DNA of 25,798 nucleotides from Candidatus Bathyarchaeia archaeon (GTDB lineage: Archaea > Thermoproteota > Bathyarchaeia > Bathyarchaeales > Bathycorpusculaceae): assembly GCA_038883795.1 (NCBI GenBank), contig JAVZLK010000022.1, forward strand, positions 1 through 25,798. Reading direction: 5' to 3'. A program made the translations under genes and the position numbers. Below, piece after piece: positions 23,360-25,798 of this stretch; the stretch's first letter is position 1; the number at the start of each line of letters is the position of its first letter. A model generated the notes under the pieces. That model was not told the DNA's origin. It was given only the letters and a program-made list of their open reading frames with translations, and made no database searches.

Positions 23360-25798
23360 ATGAGTTTAATTAAAAAATCTGTTTTAAGAAAAATGTTATG
23401 TTCAGTATTCATACTTATGTTGTTAGCTAACATAACAACCTTACTTGTAAACATAATTTCTGCGTCACCTGCATTAACCCTTAAGTGGTCAAGAAATCTG
23501 GGGCAAAACTCTCAAATGTGGATTGGCGCGCTAGCGGCTGACATCAATAATGACGGAAAAATAGAAATAGTCGTAACAGGCGGCTCCGGGCAAAGCACAT
23601 CAGACGGTTTTGTAACGGCTCTGGACGGCGCTACGGGAAATATAGTATGGCAAGTTCAGCCCGGGGGCATCACCACTCACAGCCCATTTGATATCGTAGA
23701 TCTAAACAACGACGGAGAACTGGAAATAGTCATCTCCACTCTAAGCGTTGGAACGCTGGCATTACACGCTAAAAACGGAAGCACATACTGGAGAAACACA
23801 GCTGCAAAATCGGATACACCGCCAGACGGACACACTAATGCCATATTTGACATTGACGATGACGGCTATATGGAAATCTACGTCAGCGGCGGCAGAGGAC
23901 CTTTCCAAGGCTATGATTACATAACTATGTTAAGCCATGACGGACGAATTCTGCGCCAAACAACATGCTGGCACCCATGTTATGGCGGCTTGACAATAGC
24001 CGATCCAGCCTTTAACGGAACCTTCATCCTGTATCAAGGCGATAGAAGCATCAACTACAACCCCCCCAATGACCCATACAAATACGGCGGTTGGGGAGTT
24101 CGAGCATTAGATGCCCGCACACTAGCACCCTTATGGAATGACTCTGAGATCCTCTGTAGTAGCCAAGCACCCATGCTTGCAGATGTTGACAAAGACGGGA
24201 TACTTGATGTAATTGTTGCCCACCAATCCAGAGGACTCGCAGTCTATAACGCTTTCACCGGAGAAGTGCTAACGACTGGCGGAAAATATCGAAAAAGCCT
24301 TGATCTTGGACTCAGAAGCCACTCGCAACCAACAATATATGACATAGACTACGATGGAAACCTTGAATTTATAACCGCCCGCGACTCGTCAATATATGTC
24401 TTCGATCTTTATGATTGGAAATTAGACGCAATCCTGCCAACAACAGTAATGGAGCCACCAAAAGTTGGAGACGTGACAGGCGATGGCAAAATGGACATAA
24501 TCGCCGTGAACTCCACAGGCATATACATTTACACATACAATCAAGCAACCAAAAACTATGAAATGGTGGAATATGTAACGCCTGGAGGAAACGCCTTCAC
24601 TCTCGTAGCAGATGTTGACAACGACGGCTATAATGAATTAATTGTCACTACAGGGGGTGGAACAGTCCGCTGCTACGACACGCCAGCTAGAACACCGAAC
24701 CCGCCGCCGAGAACAAACATACAATTCTACAGCGAATACCATCTGGGAGCAGCAGAATACGTATCTCCACCAGGACCCAAGGCGCCACAAATAACCGAAC
24801 CTTCACCTACAGACGGCGCAACAAACGTTCCAATAACTCTCTCCCAACTAACCTTCAAACTAACAGACTACCAACACGACCCAATAAACTATACAGTAAC
24901 AACTTACCCAGACATAGGCTCAGCTAGTGGCAAAAACGTCCGCAACGGAAAAATCACAGTTCCAGCATCAGGCTTAGCCTACTCCACAACCTACACCTGG
25001 ACAGTTACAGCCACAGACGGAACCCACACAACCACAAAAACCTTCACCTTTACAACAAGCGACCTGCCGCCTTGGTATAACACGGACTGGCAATACCGCA
25101 AAACAATCATAATAGACCACACAAAAGTCAGCGGCGACCAAACCAACTTTCCAGTCCTAATAGATCTAACAGACCCAAGCCTAACAAGTAAGACGGAACC
25201 AGACGGAGACGACTTCCTATTCACGGACCAAGACAACAATAAACTGGACCATCAGATAGAATATTACGATAGCGCATCTGGACATTTAATCGCCTGGGTG
25301 AGAATCCCATACTTATCCTCGACAACAGACACAAAACTCTATCTATATTATGGAAATCCATCTTGTGAAAGCCAACAAAACCCATCTGCAGTTTGGGACG
25401 CAAGCTACAAACTCGTCCTACATTTGAATGAAAAATCGGGCACCCACAAAGATTCAACAGTTTATGGTAATAATGGTACTCCATTTAATGGTGTACAGCA
25501 GGGCGTAGCAGCCAAAATTGACGGCGGAGACACCTTCGACGGCACAAACGATTATATAGAAATAGCGCACAGCGACACTCTTGCAGGCTTCACTGAAGCC
25601 TTAACCGTCAGCTTCTGGGTTAGGCTAGAGGACACAAGCAGGAGACAAGCAATTCTAAACAAGTATAACACGGGAACAAACCAGCGCGGCTGGTTTATAG
25701 AATACAATCCAGTAGACCGCCCAACCCGCCCGTTTGGATTTTATGCTTCGCCAGATGGAACCAATTACCGAGAATGGTATGCCTCTTTTGTGCCAGCC
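23360..25798 (+). CDS. large secreted protein, 3'-truncated by the window: FG-GAP/VCBS beta-propeller, FN3/Ig-like domain, DUF2341, LamG/ConA-like domain
   Basis: Not in ORF track. Translated by hand as 813 open codons from ATG 23360 (AGGAG upstream): MSLIKKSVLRKMLCSVFILMLL..., repeated DxxxDGxxE/D motifs, YSTTYTWTVTATDG, WYNTDWQYRKTIIIDHTKVSGDQTNFPVLI...LDHQIEYY...AWVRIP..LYYGN, LHLNE..G...DST..GNNG...FDGTNDYIEI...LTVSFWV. Confidence 0.92.
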   Translation, partial: MSLIKKSVLRKMLCSVFILMLLANITTLLVNIISASPALTLKWSRNLGQNSQMWIGALAADINNDGKIEIVVTGGSGQSTSDGFVTALDGATGNIVWQVQPGGITTHSPFDIVDLNNDGELEIVISTLSVGTLALHAKNGSTYWRNTAAKSDTPPDGHTNAIFDIDDDGYMEIYVSGGRGPFQGYDYITMLSHDGRILRQTTCWHPCYGGLTIADPAFNGTFILYQGDRSINYNPPNDPYKYGGWGVRALDARTLAPLWNDSEILCSSQAPMLADVDKDGILDVIVAHQSRGLAVYNAFTGEVLTTGGKYRKSLDLGLRSHSQPTIYDIDYDGNLEFITARDSSIYVFDLYDWKLDAILPTTVMEPPKVGDVTGDGKMDIIAVNSTGIYIYTYNQATKNYEMVEYVTPGGNAFTLVADVDNDGYNELIVTTGGGTVRCYDTPARTPNPPPRTNIQFYSEYHLGAAEYVSPPGPKAPQITEPSPTDGATNVPITLSQLTFKLTDYQHDPINYTVTTYPDIGSASGKNVRNGKITVPASGLAYSTTYTWTVTATDGTHTTTKTFTFTTSDLPPWYNTDWQYRKTIIIDHTKVSGDQTNFPVLIDLTDPSLTSKTEPDGDDFLFTDQDNNKLDHQIEYYDSASGHLIAWVRIPYLSSTTDTKLYLYYGNPSCESQQNPSAVWDASYKLVLHLNEKSGTHKDSTVYGNNGTPFNGVQQGVAAKIDGGDTFDGTNDYIEIAHSDTLAGFTEALTVSFWVRLEDTSRRQAILNKYNTGTNQRGWFIEYNPVDRPTRPFGFYASPDGTNYREWYASFVPA

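Noticed and set aside
22444-25484. ORFs 22444-22932, 22587-22901, 24991-25239 and 25221-25484
   Set aside because: Shadows of the GH39-like gene and of the large ORF starting at 23360.
1-25798. CRISPR array, transposase/IS, rRNA, integrase, and cellulosome interpretation of the cohesin-dockerin
   Set aside because: No regularly spaced repeats, transposase or integrase motifs or rRNA-like sequence seen. A single cohesin-dockerin with no dockerin-bearing hydrolase in the window does not support a cellulosome.

Overview
Archaeal genomic window, most consistent with Bathyarchaeia (inferred from the gene repertoire, GGTGG/GGAGG Shine-Dalgarno (SD) motifs and frequent TTG/GTG starts). The core gene deoC (31-705, minus) is preceded by a 22-nt tRNA 3'-end-like fragment (758-779, minus) that looks like an att scar. 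Everything to its right looks accessory. First come small membrane ORFs and a cluster of DNA-binding genes (an Alba-like gene and three winged-helix genes, two of the four frameshifted). Next are a DUF1616-type/GT2 cassette and a ~1660-aa modular surface protein (beta-helix, cohesin with an apparently nested dockerin, Ig-like domains, an unexplained helical domain, PEF-CTERM-like anchor). A surface-glycan locus follows: a frameshifted HxGH nucleotidyltransferase, two CapK/PaaK-like adenylate-forming enzymes, GT2s, a GT4, a Gfo/Idh/MocA oxidoreductase, an HPrK-like kinase and a polytopic membrane protein. The window ends with a convergent GH39-like hydrolase and a large FG-GAP propeller/DUF2341/LamG protein that is absent from the ORF track because it runs off the edge. 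Best leads: (1) an unannotated 20-aa peptide gene with a strong SD directly coupled to the HPrK-like kinase, possibly a new RiPP-like system; (2) three +1 frame breaks that all sit on TAA-G; (3) a two-state RNA structure over the SD of the first adenylate-forming enzyme; (4) the nested dockerin and the hydrophobic helical domain of the giant surface protein. All family calls are from motif recognition by eye; no searches were run.
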